Shown in pieces: positions 46,692 to 62,248 of a DNA stretch of 64,000 nt. The stretch comes from the human T2T-CHM13v2.0 reference genome, Homo sapiens. Location: positions 21,984,001 to 22,048,000 of the forward strand of contig CP068257.2 of NCBI GenBank assembly GCA_009914755.4. Reading direction: 5' to 3'. Made by a program: the position numbers and the translations under genes. Numbering within the stretch: the stretch's first letter is position 1; every line of letters starts with the position of its first letter. Below the pieces are notes generated by a model that was not told where the DNA came from, did not search any database, and was given only the letters and a program-made list of their open reading frames with translations.

Positions 46692-46951
46692 GCCTGTAAT
46701 CCCAGCACTTTGGGAGGCCAAGGCAGGCGGATCACGAGGTCAGGAGATCGAGACCATCCTGGCCAACACGGTAAAATCTGGTCTCTACAAAAATACAAAA
46801 ATTAGCCGGGCATGGTGGCGGGCGCCTGTAGTCCCAGCTACTCTGGAGGCTGAGGCAGGAGAATGGCGTGAACCTGGGAGGCGGAGGTTGCAGCGAGCCG
46901 AGAGATTGCGCCACTGTACTCCAGCCTGGGTGACAGAGTGAGACTCTGTCT

Positions 46952-46982
<31 letters not shown>
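46692..46982 (+). mobile_element. Alu SINE, 5'-truncated by ~12 bp, with a 30-nt poly-A tail
   Basis: gcctgtaatcccagcactttgggaggccaaggcaggcggatcacgaggtcaggagatcgagaccatcctggccaacacggtaaaatctggtctctacaaaaatacaaaaattagccgggcatggtggcgggcgcctgtagtcccagctactctggaggctgaggcaggagaatggcgtgaacctgggaggcggaggttgcagcgagccgagagattgcgccactgtactccagcctgggtgacagagtgagactctgtctc followed by a30. Confidence 0.9.
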
Positions 46983-46984
<2 letters not shown>

Positions 46985-47112
46985 TACAGCATGCAATCTT
47001 TACAAATGCACTAAGTAGCCCTCCCCATAACTGCCGGGTTTTTACAGAAAATACATAACTTCATTCTAATATGAAAAAATGATTAGATAAACCTATATTG
47101 AGACACATTTTC

Positions 47113-47412
47113 TTTTTTGTTTGTTTGGTTTTTTTTTGAGACGGAGTCTCACTCCATCCCCCAGGCTGAAATGCAGTGGCGCAAACTTGCCTTACTGCAG
47201 CCTCCCTCCTCCCAGGCTCAAGTGATCTCCTGCTTCAGCCTCCAGAGTAGCTGGAACTACAGATGTGCACCACCACTGCTAGCTAATTTTCATATTTTTA
47301 GTAAAGAGGGGTTTCACCATGTTGTTCAGGCAGGAACTCCTGAGCACATGCGACCCTCCCGCCACGGCCTCCCTAATTGCTGGGATTACAGGCGTAAGCC
47401 ACTGCACCCCGC
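47113..47412 (-). mobile_element. Alu SINE, reverse orientation, with a 12-bp TSD
   Basis: A T-rich tail is followed by gagacggagtctcactccatcccccaggctgaaatgcagtggcgcaaacttgccttactgcagcctccctcctcccaggctcaagtgatctcctgcttcagcctccagagtagctggaactacag ... cctccctaattgctgggattacaggcgtaagccactgcaccccgcg. The TSD agacacattttc lies at 47101-47112 and 47415-47426. Confidence 0.9.
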
Positions 47413-47995
47413 GAAGACACATTTTCAAACTGGCCACCACTTTTGAAAAGTATCATTGCAACGAAAGACTGGAAAGACGGAAGAGCTGTCACCACTTGAA
47501 GGAGTCTAGGGAGCTAGAATCACTGAATGCAGTGTGGAGTGCTGAATTCTGACATGTAAAAAATGAATTAGTGGAGAAATTTCTTATAGTTAATAGTATT
47601 TGTTGCAATTCTAATTTTCTGGTTTTGCTCATCATACTATGCTTATGTAAGTTATTAACTTTAGGATAAGCTGGTGAAGATTATACATACAAAGTGAACT
47701 ATTTCTGACACTTTTCTGAGTCTAAACTCATTATAAATATAATAAATGAATAAGTTTTATAGTAGCTGACACTTCTGTCTCTTAATTCTATAAAATTAAC
47801 AAGCAAAATAGGGATGTTTTCATTAAAACCTTATATTGTTTCTAAAATAGTTTGTTTTATGTTATGTAATGAACCATCCAAAGTTTATTCCCAAAAACTA
47901 TTTTTCAGGAGTTTGGGGCTCAACTATTGGTGGGTTAGACCTGCCTAGTTGATCTTTCTGTCAGGCTTTGTCCTTATCTAGCAGTTGGCTGATTA

Positions 47996-48730
<735 letters not shown>

Positions 48731-51666
48731 TCGAGATGAAAACATGGCCGTTCATACTCCAGCAGGTTAGCTCAGGCTTTTCCACGTGGTGCTCTCAGGG
48801 TTCCAAGAACTGAAAGAGGAAAAGTCCCAGTGTGCAAGAATTTATTAATCTGTATCTTAAATCATTTTTGTTAATGTCATATTGGTCAAAACAAATTGCA
48901 TAACTTTGCCCATCTCTTAATGGGAAGAGCTACAATATTATATTGCAAAGTGGTCTACATTCGGAGATAAAAAGAATATGTGGCCATTTTTCATGCAGTT
49001 CACCACAATTGCACAGTTTATCTTAGTTGTCTTTTCTTTTTACTTGATGATGTTTTCCTTTGTATTTTAAAATAATTATCTCTTTAATTCCAGGGAATAT
49101 GTCTAATGATCTTTGCATTATGTGTATCACAAGACTGGCAATTTGCAAGAATCTAGTAACTGCTAAAGAATCATTAAATTAATGGTTGATTAAATGAAAA
49201 ATGTATTAACTTTAAATTTTAAAATCATATTAACTTGGAAGACTTGACATTAAAATGTAAAATATATTATGTATGAAACTTTATTTCTATTCAATATACT
49301 ACATGTAATTCTCTATAAGTTTCTTATGCTTCGGTTTGGTCATTCATTGCTAATTTTTCCTTCTAATAAATGGTCTACTTTGGCTGTACTAACTTGTCAG
49401 TCTTCTGTGATCTATGTTTACTGATTTTTCCAGAGGCATCTATGTTTACTGATTTTTTTAATAAAAGGGTCAAATACTATATATCTTAATTTTTTTTTTT
49501 TTACTTTTGAAATACCAATCAGAATTGCTTCTTAATGTAATTGCTCAGTTCCAAAGACATTTTTTGAATTCCTACAATGGGACAAGTGGAATATTTTGTA
49601 ATTGTTAAAATCAATTTTCTCAATCCTTTTAACAGTTGCTAGACTACCATTTGCTTGTTGTTCAGGTGTCATGTGGGCAATTTTGCTTTACTTTTAACCA
49701 TCAAATGCCTTAGATTTTGCCATCTGTTTAATATCATCTTCATCAGCTACAAAAAGAAAATTAATGAATTATTTCAAATTTGAAGAGTGAATATTAAAAG
49801 ACTACGGAGAGTAAAGCTTACAAACAAATACAATTAGGATTTCTATTAAAATTGTACTAAATTAAACTAAGGTGTATTTGTTTTTCAATATTACCATATA
49901 AATATTAATGATTTTTTAAAACTGAAGGACAGGTTTGTCTTTAGTAATTTCAGAAAAATACTTGATTTTGTTCATTAGTGTATATCCAGCACCTAGTTAG
50001 TGACTAATACATTATAAACAAAAACAAAAACAAGTAATCCAGTTACATCCATGAAGTAAAATAACTGTGGCTGTCATCTCCAACAGGGCAGGTACATCTC
50101 TAGGAAATTTATCACTTTTAACTGTTTATCTCCTTCACTGACACTAAATTGTGAAAAAAATGCCTTTATTTGTAAACGTCTTCTGTCCATGCATAATTTG
50201 CCTAAGCAGACTTTAAGTGGGAGGAAAAGAATCCCTAGATTTTTTTGGATAATTTTCTAGAACATTAGGATGATTTAATTTTATTTTAATGCATTACCTC
50301 TTTTGGAGTCCCTTTTATGGTCATGGCTTATGTATTTGTGTTATGCTTCTTCAAAAGCATCAGAGGAGCACTAATTTAGGATAGCTGTAATTCTGTCATC
50401 TCTTTGAGAGCAGTAAAGAAAGTTGTGTGCTAACACAAGCTCCTTGTCCTTTGTTTCTGTGGATTCTCCACATAGGCTTTTAAAAAATCCTTTACCAGGA
50501 AAATCAATATGTAGAGTGGTCACTTCTTAGTGACTTTGTTTTTATAGGTGATAAGAGCATAATTATTTTACTCTACCTTACTAATGCCCCAGACCTTTCC
50601 ATATTTAAGATAAAAAATTAAAAATTAAATAACTTCAATTTAAAAGGAAAATATGAGAAAAAGAGAGAAAATATTTACTTTTCATTTATCTCTGTTTTTC
50701 TTCTTCATTTGTTTTCTACAACAAGTTCGTTTCTTAATAATTGATAATAACACTTGAATTAACCAATGTGCCTCTCATCAAGTTGAGAAAATAATAGAAC
50801 CATCAGTTGTTTTCAATTTCCCCTTCCTAGAATCATCAGCATTCTCTTCCTGATTAAAGCAAGCAATTCATTAATTAGTATAAACACTGGTTACCCTGAA
50901 ATTGAACAAGCTTCTAATACACAATCAAATCCAGCAATCTACTTAGAATATAACCTATAATCAAGACAGAGCCATTGTGCATAGCAAGCAAGAGATAAGC
51001 AGAAACTTGCAGCAGAAATTTGTCAAACCACACCATCAAAGATTTTAGAGTACAAACTATTTTTTCTATCAAATAATGCAGTTACAATAGCAAAATCAAA
51101 GCTACCATATTATTTAAGTAATACACAGTCTGTAGATTAGAGTAGGTAAAGAGCTTTCAACCATTTCCCAAGATATCTGTAAGACCTGTGGATCCCCCCA
51201 GGGTGTATCATAACAGCAGGAAGCATATTTGAAAAACAGTTCATCCTCTACTTTTAAAGCTCTCACCAATATGAAGTAGTACTTGAAACTATGTGTTTTT
51301 GTTCTTAACCCTATTTTCTCCTATATTTTCCTTCTACAGTTTGATTTGACCTGCATAGTAAATTTGTTTTATTTTGAAACAGTTCTAAGAAACATAGAGG
51401 ACTAAAAACTTCAGGTTTATGAACTCTCTTGGATGAATTCTCCCTTGTTTCTTTTTAATATTAATAACAAAAGAACACAACAGTTCAGTAAAATAAAATA
51501 AACCTGCTAAGTTATATTAATCTTCAAAATAATTCATATTTCTTCTATATTTCATGAGTACAGCATGGCATCTGATTATTTATGTAACAACCTTATTTTA
51601 CACCTTTATCTATGACAAGCAACATAATAGTCAATACTAATCAATTGGGGAAAAGCCGTGTGACCT

Positions 51667-51825
51667 GTGTTAGTCCGTTTTCACACCGCTATAAAGAACT
51701 ACTGAGACCGAGTAGTTTATGAAGCAAAGAGGATTAATTGACTCACAGCTCCACATGGCTGGGGAGGCCTCGGGAAACTTACAATCATGCCAGAAGCGGA
51801 AGTAGGCACCTTCTTTGCAAGGTAC
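51667..51825 (-). mobile_element. Truncated MaLR LTR (THE1-type), reverse orientation
   Basis: tgtgttagtccgttttcacaccgctataaagaactactgagaccgagtagtttatgaagcaaagaggattaattgactcacagctccacatggctggggaggcctcgggaaacttacaatcatgccagaagcggaagtaggcaccttctttgcaagg matches the reverse complement of the THE1 3' end. Confidence 0.7.
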
Positions 51826-54800
51826 ATAATTGGTCTTTACAACCCTATGCTTTATAACTACCTAAGTCACAGATTTAATGAATTGAATGAAATTGTAAGG
51901 CTAGACTCTTCAAATTTTTTTCCATGTTTGTGTTTTCACCCTTGCCTTATTTTTGTGATAATATAATTTTTGCCTGCTATATCATATCCACTCTCCATGA
52001 TGGCATCCCTGAAAGTTCTAATCTATACTGATCTCCTCTTTTGCTGGAATAGTAAAATACTTATCATATGTGCATCAATGATTAGCATAAGTCTAAATAA
52101 TTGATAATGGACAGAGGAGTTTATCTTCTCCTAAATGAGGGTACTGGCAATTGATAAGAACTCTGGTTATATTCTCTCAAGAGTTTTCCTCATCCCCATA
52201 CATGTTCAAGAGTGGAGAAAAATAACCATGCAATACACTGGGATATCTTCATTAGGTATGAATTAACAGTCTTGACTTGAGACCTCTTCTAATGAACAGA
52301 TTGGCTTAAAGCAAATATTTCACTACAATATTATTTCAAGAGCACCTAAACTTTTCATGGAGAAACCATGTCTCATACAAAACCACTGTGGGAAATTTCC
52401 TTCATCCTTTCTCAAACACTAAGATGCTATTAATTCCTTCTTCATCTCTTCCATCCATACAAAAGCTTACAAAAATAAAATAGGGTGTATTTTACTGCTT
52501 ATATCCATTATTTAGTTTTATTTACTCCTATCCTGGCTTTTAAACCTTTAAAAATCTTCCTTTGTAATATATTTGGATGATTATGGTTTTTAAACCCTAT
52601 GATAATCTTTTTTTAGCTGATTTTTAAATGTTTATTCCAAACATGTTCATTGTTCCACTTACAGGGCATTTATTTTGTTGTCATTTGATGGGAGAAACAC
52701 TGTGAGTAGGCATTACATTTTCGCCAGAGACTATAAATTTCCCCACTATAACAATACACTACATAGGAAAACATAACCATTATATCACAATAATTTTCGC
52801 TAATTTATAATTGAAAACTCCATCTTTCCTTTCCCACTGGCCCACCATCGGTCAGGAGTTTTAGTCTAACACCTAAAGCACAGTGGAGAAAACAGCTTTT
52901 TGATCGTTTCAGAAGCCATAATCATTTGCGGAAGAACTGATCCCTGAACGCAGGTCTTATCAGGTAAAGAGAAAAAGACAGTCTACTCATTTTTAAAAGC
53001 TCAAAAATAATAATTTTATGTGCCTTTTTCTCCCTATACTGAAATTTCATGTAGAATATGCTAGTGATTTCAGTTGGCAGGTTACACTTTATGAAGTGGA
53101 AGAATTTATTTATTTTTTATTTTCTCATATTGTTTCTTCTGTTACTAACTTCTGATGTTATTAAATCCCGTAATGATGTTTTTCTGCAATAGAGCCTATG
53201 GTAAGTACAGTTCTTCTGAAATTTCATGAAGAGTAGCCCATGAGCTGCTTCCTTACATACCACGCATTGAACAGTGTTACTCTCTCCTTCCTTCCTCAGG
53301 GCACTCACTCTGCATTATGTCTGAGGGGAGAAACTAGATTTGAATTTTGCTGGTCAGTAAGGAGAAAATTTCTTTTTTTCAAGAGAGCCTAAAGTCCTAA
53401 GTATTATTTACACAAGTTCGAATTATTATAGCTTGCCGTCTACAAGGTTTTAAAGTGCTTCGTGAACAAGATATTGAATTACAAACTAGACCTGTCATGA
53501 TTATGTTCCACAAAGAAATTGAGACATAAAAGACATATATACTTAAAGAATGTATCTACCCACTTTTGGGGAAAGAACTGAATTGGCAAATCACCTATAC
53601 ATGTTACTTCTTAAAATATCTTCTTTACAAAATAAATATTAAGGGTTACATTTTACTTCATATAGAAAATATACCTCCAACATTAAAATATTATGTTTTC
53701 TTTATTCTAAGCTACTCTTAAAAGTGTCTATTGTTGTCTGGAGTTAAAGTCTTCTTAACTGGAGGCCAAGGACATCCAAATGTCCTGCTAACATTAAAAT
53801 GATAGTTTTCTTTCATCTTTCCATTGGTTATGGTTTGTTTCTTGAGGAAACTTTTGTGACCTCTGTCACCATCCAATTTTCCCTTGGATATGCTACTAAC
53901 CTGATTTGGTTGCCACTCAAGCCGGATCACAGACCACCTAGCCCCCATGGCTCCTGACACAGTCCCTGTGAGAGTCCCTGCCCTCTAACAAGCATGCTGA
54001 CCCCAATTATTCTTGAAATTACAAAATCATAGAAATGGAGGGCAGAATAGTAATTGGCAGGAATGTGGAGGATGGGAGAAAATTAGGTGTGATTCTAAAA
54101 TGACAAAACCAGGACCCTTGAGATAATGAGACTCTTCTGTGTCTTGAATGCAGTGATAGCTACTTTAAACATACACACGTGATAAAATTATGCAGAACTA
54201 AATACTCACAGAAGCACATAAATAAATGTAAAATTGGAGAAATTTGAATAAGTTAGGTGGATTATATTAAACGCGGTTGCCTAGTTGTGATATTGTGCAC
54301 AATATCATACTGGGAGAAATTAAGTAAAGGCTTGATAAGATCTCTCTGCGATGTTTATGATAACTGCATGCAAGCCTACACAAAATAAAAACTTCAATTA
54401 AAAATTCAATAAACTTGACAAAAAGTGCATGGTACACTGTTTCACTAATGAAATATAGCACATTCACCCACAAATTTAGAATAGATGCTATAGACGTACT
54501 GTAATTGGCAAAAGTCTTATTTTAAAAACTGGATTTCAATGTTTTTCCTGTTATCTCCTGTAAACTTAAAGAATATCATATCTTATTTAGATGGAGCTGA
54601 AATGCAAGAATCTTCTGATCTGTAAACTTCAGAACTTCTGGAATGTAACGGAAAATATTAATAATGTAAATGTTACACTCAATGCACACAACAGAAAATA
54701 TGCTACAGCTGCTAATATTGAAATCATAACAACAAGATTAGTAACAACAAAAATAATTCAACATCTACTAAAAATCCTACTGTTCATTCAGAAATATGGG

Positions 54801-55746
54801 AATGTGGAAAAAAAATCATAAAATTTTGAAAACTCATATAGACATTGCAAAGTGCTATAGATAAGGCATTTAAATGTCACCCAATTGTTTCTTTCTATTC
54901 TATAATGTTGTTCCTTGAATAAGAACATAATTTCAACATTTCCATGTACTTGTTTCTAGATTTGCTTTGGAAATATTGTAGGTACTTGATACAAATTTTG
55001 GATGCTTAAAATTAACTCTATTTATATTATTACAGCTTTCCTGGCTACCAATATTTAAAAAAAAACATTATTTTAAACTTAGCATATCATATGGTTTTAT
55101 TCTTCCTTCGAAGTAATCAATAATGCATTAAATTTTTCATAATGATCATAATAATAACAAGAAATCATGCATTCTTCATTGGTAACAACCTGAAAATTTT
55201 TGGATTAAATGTTTTCCAACATTGTCTGATTAACTTTTTAAAAATGCTTCCACTCTTTATAATAAAAAAGCATGATATATATATTTCCTTCTCTTGACTT
55301 TTTATTTTTCTTCATCAGTAACACATATTGAACAATTTAATTTTAAAATGCTCTCAAATATTTTGCCAATACATGGAAACAGACAAAGAAAAAACATATT
55401 TTTATTAAATGTATTTTTACATGGATGAAAAAATACTCCAGGACAACCTTACATGAATGTAAATATAGTGACTCAAAAACAATAAAACAATATGAATTAA
55501 CCAAAAGGGAACTGAACATAAATTTGAGACAGGGGTCACCTGCATATATCACAAATATATATATATAATATAGTGTATAAAGTATTTCTGAAGCTCAATA
55601 AATTTCATATAAATTATTTTAATATTTTGTTTGACATGAGCCATAATGCTCATGTTTGTGATTTTTTAAATTAAAGCAATGACAGAGGAACTCACTTTTA
55701 ATTTTATTTTTAATTTAACTATTCCAATAAATAATATAGTCTAAGT

Positions 55747-56110
55747 CTGTATTAGTTTTCTAGGGCTGTTGCAATAAATTACCACAAACAGGCTTAACAC
55801 AAATTTGTTTTCTCACAATTCTGGAGACTAGAATTTTGAGATCAAGGAAGGATTGGTATACTCTGAGGCTTCTCTCCTCAGTTTAAGATGGCCATTCTGT
55901 CTCTCTGTCTTTACTTGTTCAACTCTCTGTACAACTTTGTCTCCAAATTTTCTCTTCTATAAGAACACCAGGCATATTGGATTAGAGTCTACCACAATGA
56001 CCTCATTTTAATTTAATTACCTCTGCAAAGATCTACTCTCTAAATATGGTCAAATATAGTCACATTCTGCAGTTCTGGGGGTTAGGACTTCATCATATGA
56101 ATTTTAAGTA
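55747..56110 (+). mobile_element. MaLR LTR (MLT1-type), sense orientation
   Basis: ctgtattagttttctagggctgttgcaataaattaccacaaacaggcttaacacaaatttgttttctcacaattctggagactagaattttgagatcaaggaaggattggtatactctgaggcttctctcc ... ctataagaacaccaggcatattggattagagtctaccacaatgacctcattttaatttaattacctctgcaaagatctactctctaaatatggtcaaatatagtcacattctgcagttctgggggttaggacttcatcatatgaatttt parallels the MLT1 consensus (...tattagtttcctagggctgctgtaacaaattaccacaaactgggtggcttaaaacaacagaaatttattctctcacagttctggaggctagaagtccaaaatcaaggtgtcagcagg ... tataaggacaccagtcatattggattagggcccaccctaatgacctcatcttaacttaattacatctgcaaagaccctatttccaaataaggtcacattctgaggtactgggggttaggacttcaacatatgaatttt). Confidence 0.65.
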
Positions 56111-56853
56111 GATACAGGTAAGGCCATAAAAAGAGTCCAACACCATTCTGGTTTGACTTCCCTCCCCAACCTCCCAAAACAAAATAAAACAAAAAACTGC
56201 AACTACTAATGTATTCATGACACATCTTTCATGTCACTGAGATTCCAATTCTCCCATTTCTGATACTGCTGTATGCCCTAATTACCACCCCAGTAGAGAA
56301 CTTATGAAAACAACGGGTAGTCCAGTAAAGGGATATGTGAGATTTAACTTATTAATAATGGCTTGGAACTTTTTATTTTTTATTATTTCATTTTTTTTCC
56401 TCCAGCAATAAATCCAAACCTTTGGAACTTTTTAAGTGATACAATGTCATGTCTATGATGTTATAATTAATAAAAAGTTAATATATACATATTAATACAT
56501 CTGTGTATGTGTGTATATATATGTATATTTGAAATGTACTGCTTACATTTAAACCCTGAAGAGAATGTAAATGGTCTCATTAAATGACCTTTTATGACTG
56601 ATTAAATTATTTGGTTGAAAGAAAAAATATGTTCTATCTTATGAGGAAATTCATGAGCTATGAAGAGTCCAAGAAGGGATAAAATAAATCAATCTCTTTA
56701 GTTCACTTCAAATAAACTGTTGCTGAAAGAATGCTAAATATGGCTTCACCTTTGATGTAAGGGACTTGGCAGTGGAGATGATACCACTGAAATAGAAGAG
56801 GAATATGACAACAAAATCTGTTAGATAAAGGCAGAGACTCATGCAAGCTGCCA

Positions 56854-57156
<303 letters not shown>

Positions 57157-59102
57157 TGACAATTTGGAAGACACTGAGAGCATTCTTACTTAAATATAAT
57201 ATCATGGAAGATGTAAGAAAAAATATTTGTATTTATGTATCAGTTTCTTGTTATGGCTATAACAAATTACAAAAACTCTGTGGCCTAAAACAATGTAAAT
57301 TTATCTTACAGTTCTAGAGTTTCTGTTTCCAGAGTGAGAACTTAGGTACCAATACAAAAGTGTCAGCAGAACTAATATTTTTTTTCTAGAGACTCCAGGG
57401 GATAATTCATGCTTTGTCAGCTTATAGGGGCATCTGGCATTATTTAGCTCGTTGCCCCATTGCTCCAGTCCCTGCTGCCTCCTTCACATCGCCTCTTTCA
57501 TCTGCTGTGTTCCAAAAGTGTTCTGATTCCCTCTTATATGGACACTTGTGATTAGATTTAGGGCTCGCCCAGACAACCCAGAATCATCTCCTGTTCTCAA
57601 GATCCTTTCCTTAATCATATCCACAAAGGTGTTTTTTTTTCTTTTTTGCCATATAAAGCAACCATCACAATTCCAGGAATTAGGAGCAGAATATCTGTGG
57701 GGGCCTACCACAATCTATATGCCCTCCAATTTCTTAAATGTGACTTCAGAGAATACTGGAAATTCATCAGCCTACAGTATCTTTAACAGAGCATTTTGGG
57801 AACAGAGTTAGCATGTCAAATTAAGGGCTCATCTAACTATACATAGGAAGCTGTAGACTTCCTGTGGAGCACAAAGCAGGGATGCACATATGGCTATTTC
57901 TCACCCAGATTAGTCCATTCTCACACTTCAAACGAAAAATCTGATGTCTAAATATACAGTGCTATATGCCTTGCTGGTTATGCCATGAGCTTGCTTAAAA
58001 TTGTTACAGATACGAAAATATAAATAGAACCCATTGCACTTGAAAATTATTTCCAGATTAAATTGGCTTCCATGTAATCAGTCTTTTCCCCTGAATTATC
58101 TTCTTCGGTATGCACCTAAGCAATGCAACCTTCTCATACACGTAGATGCATGACTTTATATTTATGGAGATTTTATATACATTCATCATGTCTCTGTAGC
58201 TAGATTGAAAGCTCCTTAAGGGCTAGAACCAAGTATTCCGCTTTACATTTATTTTGCAAGCTGGAATAGCCTCTATTCATTTTTTAAGACAGTCCTCAGA
58301 ATTCACTTCCTTCCCCTACAGGTCTGAGAGAGCCATCGCATATATTGAATTTAATTCTTGTGGTCCATTTTCATGCGAAATTCACCTATACCCTTTTCAT
58401 GATACTGCCCTAGGAGCTCATTTTTGAAATGATATTTGAGGTTAACATTTTCCATGTTTTTTTCTCTGAGGACACTTATTTGTGTGTAACAGTTTTTTTT
58501 AATAATCCAAGACAACAAGGGAACATAAGGACACTGTAATTATTTCTTATGTAACAAAATACGCTTAGTTAACAGTTCATTTTGTTTTAATTTCAGCATT
58601 CTGATCATCCAAGTATGGTGTGAGTATAAACCAGTAAGTCATATCAGCCAAAATCTGCTCTGACTGGTCAGTTCATTTGAACATGCCAGTAAATGTTATG
58701 AATACCATTTCCTGACTTTAACTTTTGGGTATCGGTAAATGTCCCCCCTTTTTCCTACAGCCTGATAGTAATATTACTTTTTATTGGTTTTCTACAGTTT
58801 TAAAACACAGACATATTGTCAAACATTTGACAATCGTAGGTCAGTCCTCTCTCAAAATATTTATTTATGCATTATGTAGTTATGCATACATTTACTTATA
58901 CATTTATTAAAATTTTATAGTCCAGGAAATCCCAAAATCTGCTAACAAGTATATTGGATCATTTTGATGTTTCATGGATCGATTCTCCTTAACTGGAGAC
59001 TAAATCAGGGTATTCATTCACCGATAAAACAGTTTATTTTATTACACCAATCGGGGATATTTTTAGAAGATGATTTTACCAGAGACCAAAATGTTAGTAT
59101 AA

Positions 59103-59103
<1 letters not shown>

Positions 59104-59131
<28 letters not shown>
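59104..59131. repeat. (TG)14 microsatellite
   Basis: tgtgtgtgtgtgtgtgtgtgtgtgtgtg. Confidence 0.95.
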
Positions 59132-59133
<2 letters not shown>

Positions 59134-62100
59134 ATTTCATATCGCTTCAGACAGTAAATGAGAAACAAATGTTTTACCTCAATTTCTTTGTAAAGTTTAT
59201 AATGCATAAAATTTGAAATAAGAAATAAGCCATAGAACAAGATAAAAATAATCTCATAAAATTAAACCTGGTTATAAAACACTACTCATTCTATACATGT
59301 TTATAAAAGCACTACTTTAAAAGTGATAGCACATGTGTTAAATGTGATAGACAGTGAGGTATGATAAACAGTATGTTAAACACAGCTTTCAGATGCTTAC
59401 AAGAATAGCTATGCTATGGGCAAATAAGGCATAATAATTTTTGATATGTTGAAATATAAATTTTAGAATCCTAAAATATTAAAGTTGGCAAATGTCTCAA
59501 AGTCCTTTTCACCAAATCCCATTACCTGTAGAAATGTCTCCTAATATACCTGGCCACTCTTCATCTTACTTCTTAGAACACGCACTGTCGAGGAGTCCTA
59601 CCTTAGCCTACTGCTGTCAAGAAAGAAAAGTGTTTTAGAGGTTTCCCTAAAACCTAACATCCTTCCCCTTCTATTAGTTTTATCTCTTGTTCTTGTTTTA
59701 CTTTTGAAGCTAGAAAGATTACTTAATCCCTTTTCAGAAAGTAATAGAATTTAAACAACTTACACATCGGCAGGTCTCTTTGTAGTTCTCTCTGTTCAAA
59801 GTTATAACCTCCACTGTCTCATATTTTCACTCATGTAGTTAAATCTTTTATTATGTCTTACCTTCAAACATGCAAAGAACTGAAGAAATACTTTATCCAT
59901 TTTTAAATAATCTTATTTATTTTAACTGAATCAAATATAACATACAAAAACTGCCCAAATGTTAAGTATTCAATTTGATGAATTTTGACTGGCGTGCATC
60001 AAGTAACTGTCAACTAAAACAAGAAGTAGAGTATTTGCTTTGCTTCAGGAAGTTTCTTCATACCACTTTCATTTGATTCCCATCCATTTGATGCAACCAC
60101 TACTCCGCTTTCTGCACTATGAATAACTAAAGAGATAACAGGTTCCCATCTGCAGGAAGGGAGAAAACTTCAGAATTTCTGACAGTCTTTAGGGTAGATA
60201 AATAACGGAAAAACAATCCTATATAAGATATCAGAAAAGTAATTTAGAAAAAAAAGGAAGCAAACACAAATCACCTCCTCTGCATATTTTTACAATGAGA
60301 AAGAGATATCCATGCAACAAGTGATTTTTCCTAACAGAGATTTGTAATTGTAAATTACTGCATAGTCATTTAAAACAAAAGGGAGTTTGACAGGAGTGCC
60401 TGATTTAGCTTTCCTTTCAACACTAATCAGTCCTCCGAGTCACCTCTTCTTCATAAGGTGGTGGGTGCCTCTGTCACTGTTTTTAAGCAGTGTCTTTATT
60501 TATAACCATATATATATGAATGAATTTACCCTACTGAGTAACAAAATTTAGTGCAGCTTTCACTCTGTGCATTTCACTGCCAAGAGGAAATGCTTGTGAT
60601 ACCTTTTTAGATGGTTAAGTGGAGAGGCTCAATCATCATGACAGTACAAGGGCAATGGAATTGAGTCTTTTAATAAATGGTTGCCTCAAAACTGCATCTC
60701 TGGCAAACCAGAAAGTCTGGTTTATTTTAGTCCCTAAATATCTCTCTAATCTTCCTAACTTTAGTTCATCTGCCTGAACACCACACTCATTCAAACTTTC
60801 TCATTTGGAATATTACAATAGTTTCCTAGCAACCACTATCATTTGTGCATGCTGACCTCCTTCCTATCTAAAAATGTAACTTTTCTGGTAAACACCCTCT
60901 ACTGGCATGCCAGATCCAAAATAGGGATCACATTAGTAAACACAGTCTGTAAGACCCTGCACTCACTGATCCTGGCTATCTCTCACTGCACTGTCTCCAA
61001 TTCTCTCTATGTCAACCACTGCATTAAATTTCAATTATCTTATTTATAGAGCCTTCCCACATGCCTGTTGTTCTTATGTCTTTGCCATTTCATCTAATTA
61101 ATGCCTATGCTTTCCTTATATAAGTGTTTAATGATTAATAATTGCAAAGTATCTTTAAGTTAAATACCTTTATTTTAACCATGGTTTGTAGAACACTCAT
61201 CATTGTAGCAGTTGCCATATCTGATATTGAATTGTTCTAATTTAATCATTTGATGAATTTATATGTCTCTCAACTGAAAGAACACATATGATTAAGTTAT
61301 CTCTAAAAGCTGGCACTATATCTACCATGTAGTAGGCAGTAGGGGGTTAATACCTCTATACTGAATTAATTAGTAAATCTGTTTTTAATGAACAAGACAC
61401 CACAAATAAGCCAGTGGTCACGAGTAGTTTCTGATAAATTGATAAAGAGAAGGTTGACTAGGTAATAAACTTATAAGATTTGATTGCACCAACTGAGAAT
61501 TTATTTAAAATAGCCAAAGAGTAAAATGTCTTTACATTGCTTTATTTAGTAGTCAGTTTATTGACTATTATGGACACATTAACTTTCACCAACAATGGAA
61601 GTTTAAACATTTAATTTTTACTATGCCAAAGATTAATAAAATATAAATGATTGGATTTCATAACATGTACTATTATCTTTACTGAAATAATATATTCAAT
61701 AAGTGAACCACACAAGGAAGGGTTTTTAAAGAATAATATAAAATGAGTATGGATGAATATTTAGAATCAAAATTATACTATACATATTAATCCCATAATA
61801 TGTGTATTTCTAGGAAGGAAATGAAATTATATCCATGGTTTCCCTGTTAAGACATTCAAACATGTTGTTTTCCTGGAAAAGAATCCAATCTACATATATT
61901 TTCAGAATGTACAAATATTACATGCCCTGGTAAACAGTCCCAATATGGATAGAAAAAATATGTGGAGGAAAAGAGATACTTTAAAAATTGATTTGTAAGA
62001 GTCCTCACTGAAAGTTTGAATTTGGTGTTATTCCCAGTTATGTAGATATTGAAATAGACAGGCTAGACAGAGCAAAGATAAGACAGATGTCTTAAAAAGA

Positions 62101-62248
62101 ACCAAGTCTTTCCCACGTACATTCTGCTGCCTCTTTCCTTTTCTCTGCAGCTCCTAAGGACATTCTTTCTCTGCAAACTAAGTTTAAGACAAGGCAAAAG
62201 ATCTCAGCATTCAGATAATATAAACTAAAACATAAGATGCAACTGTTG

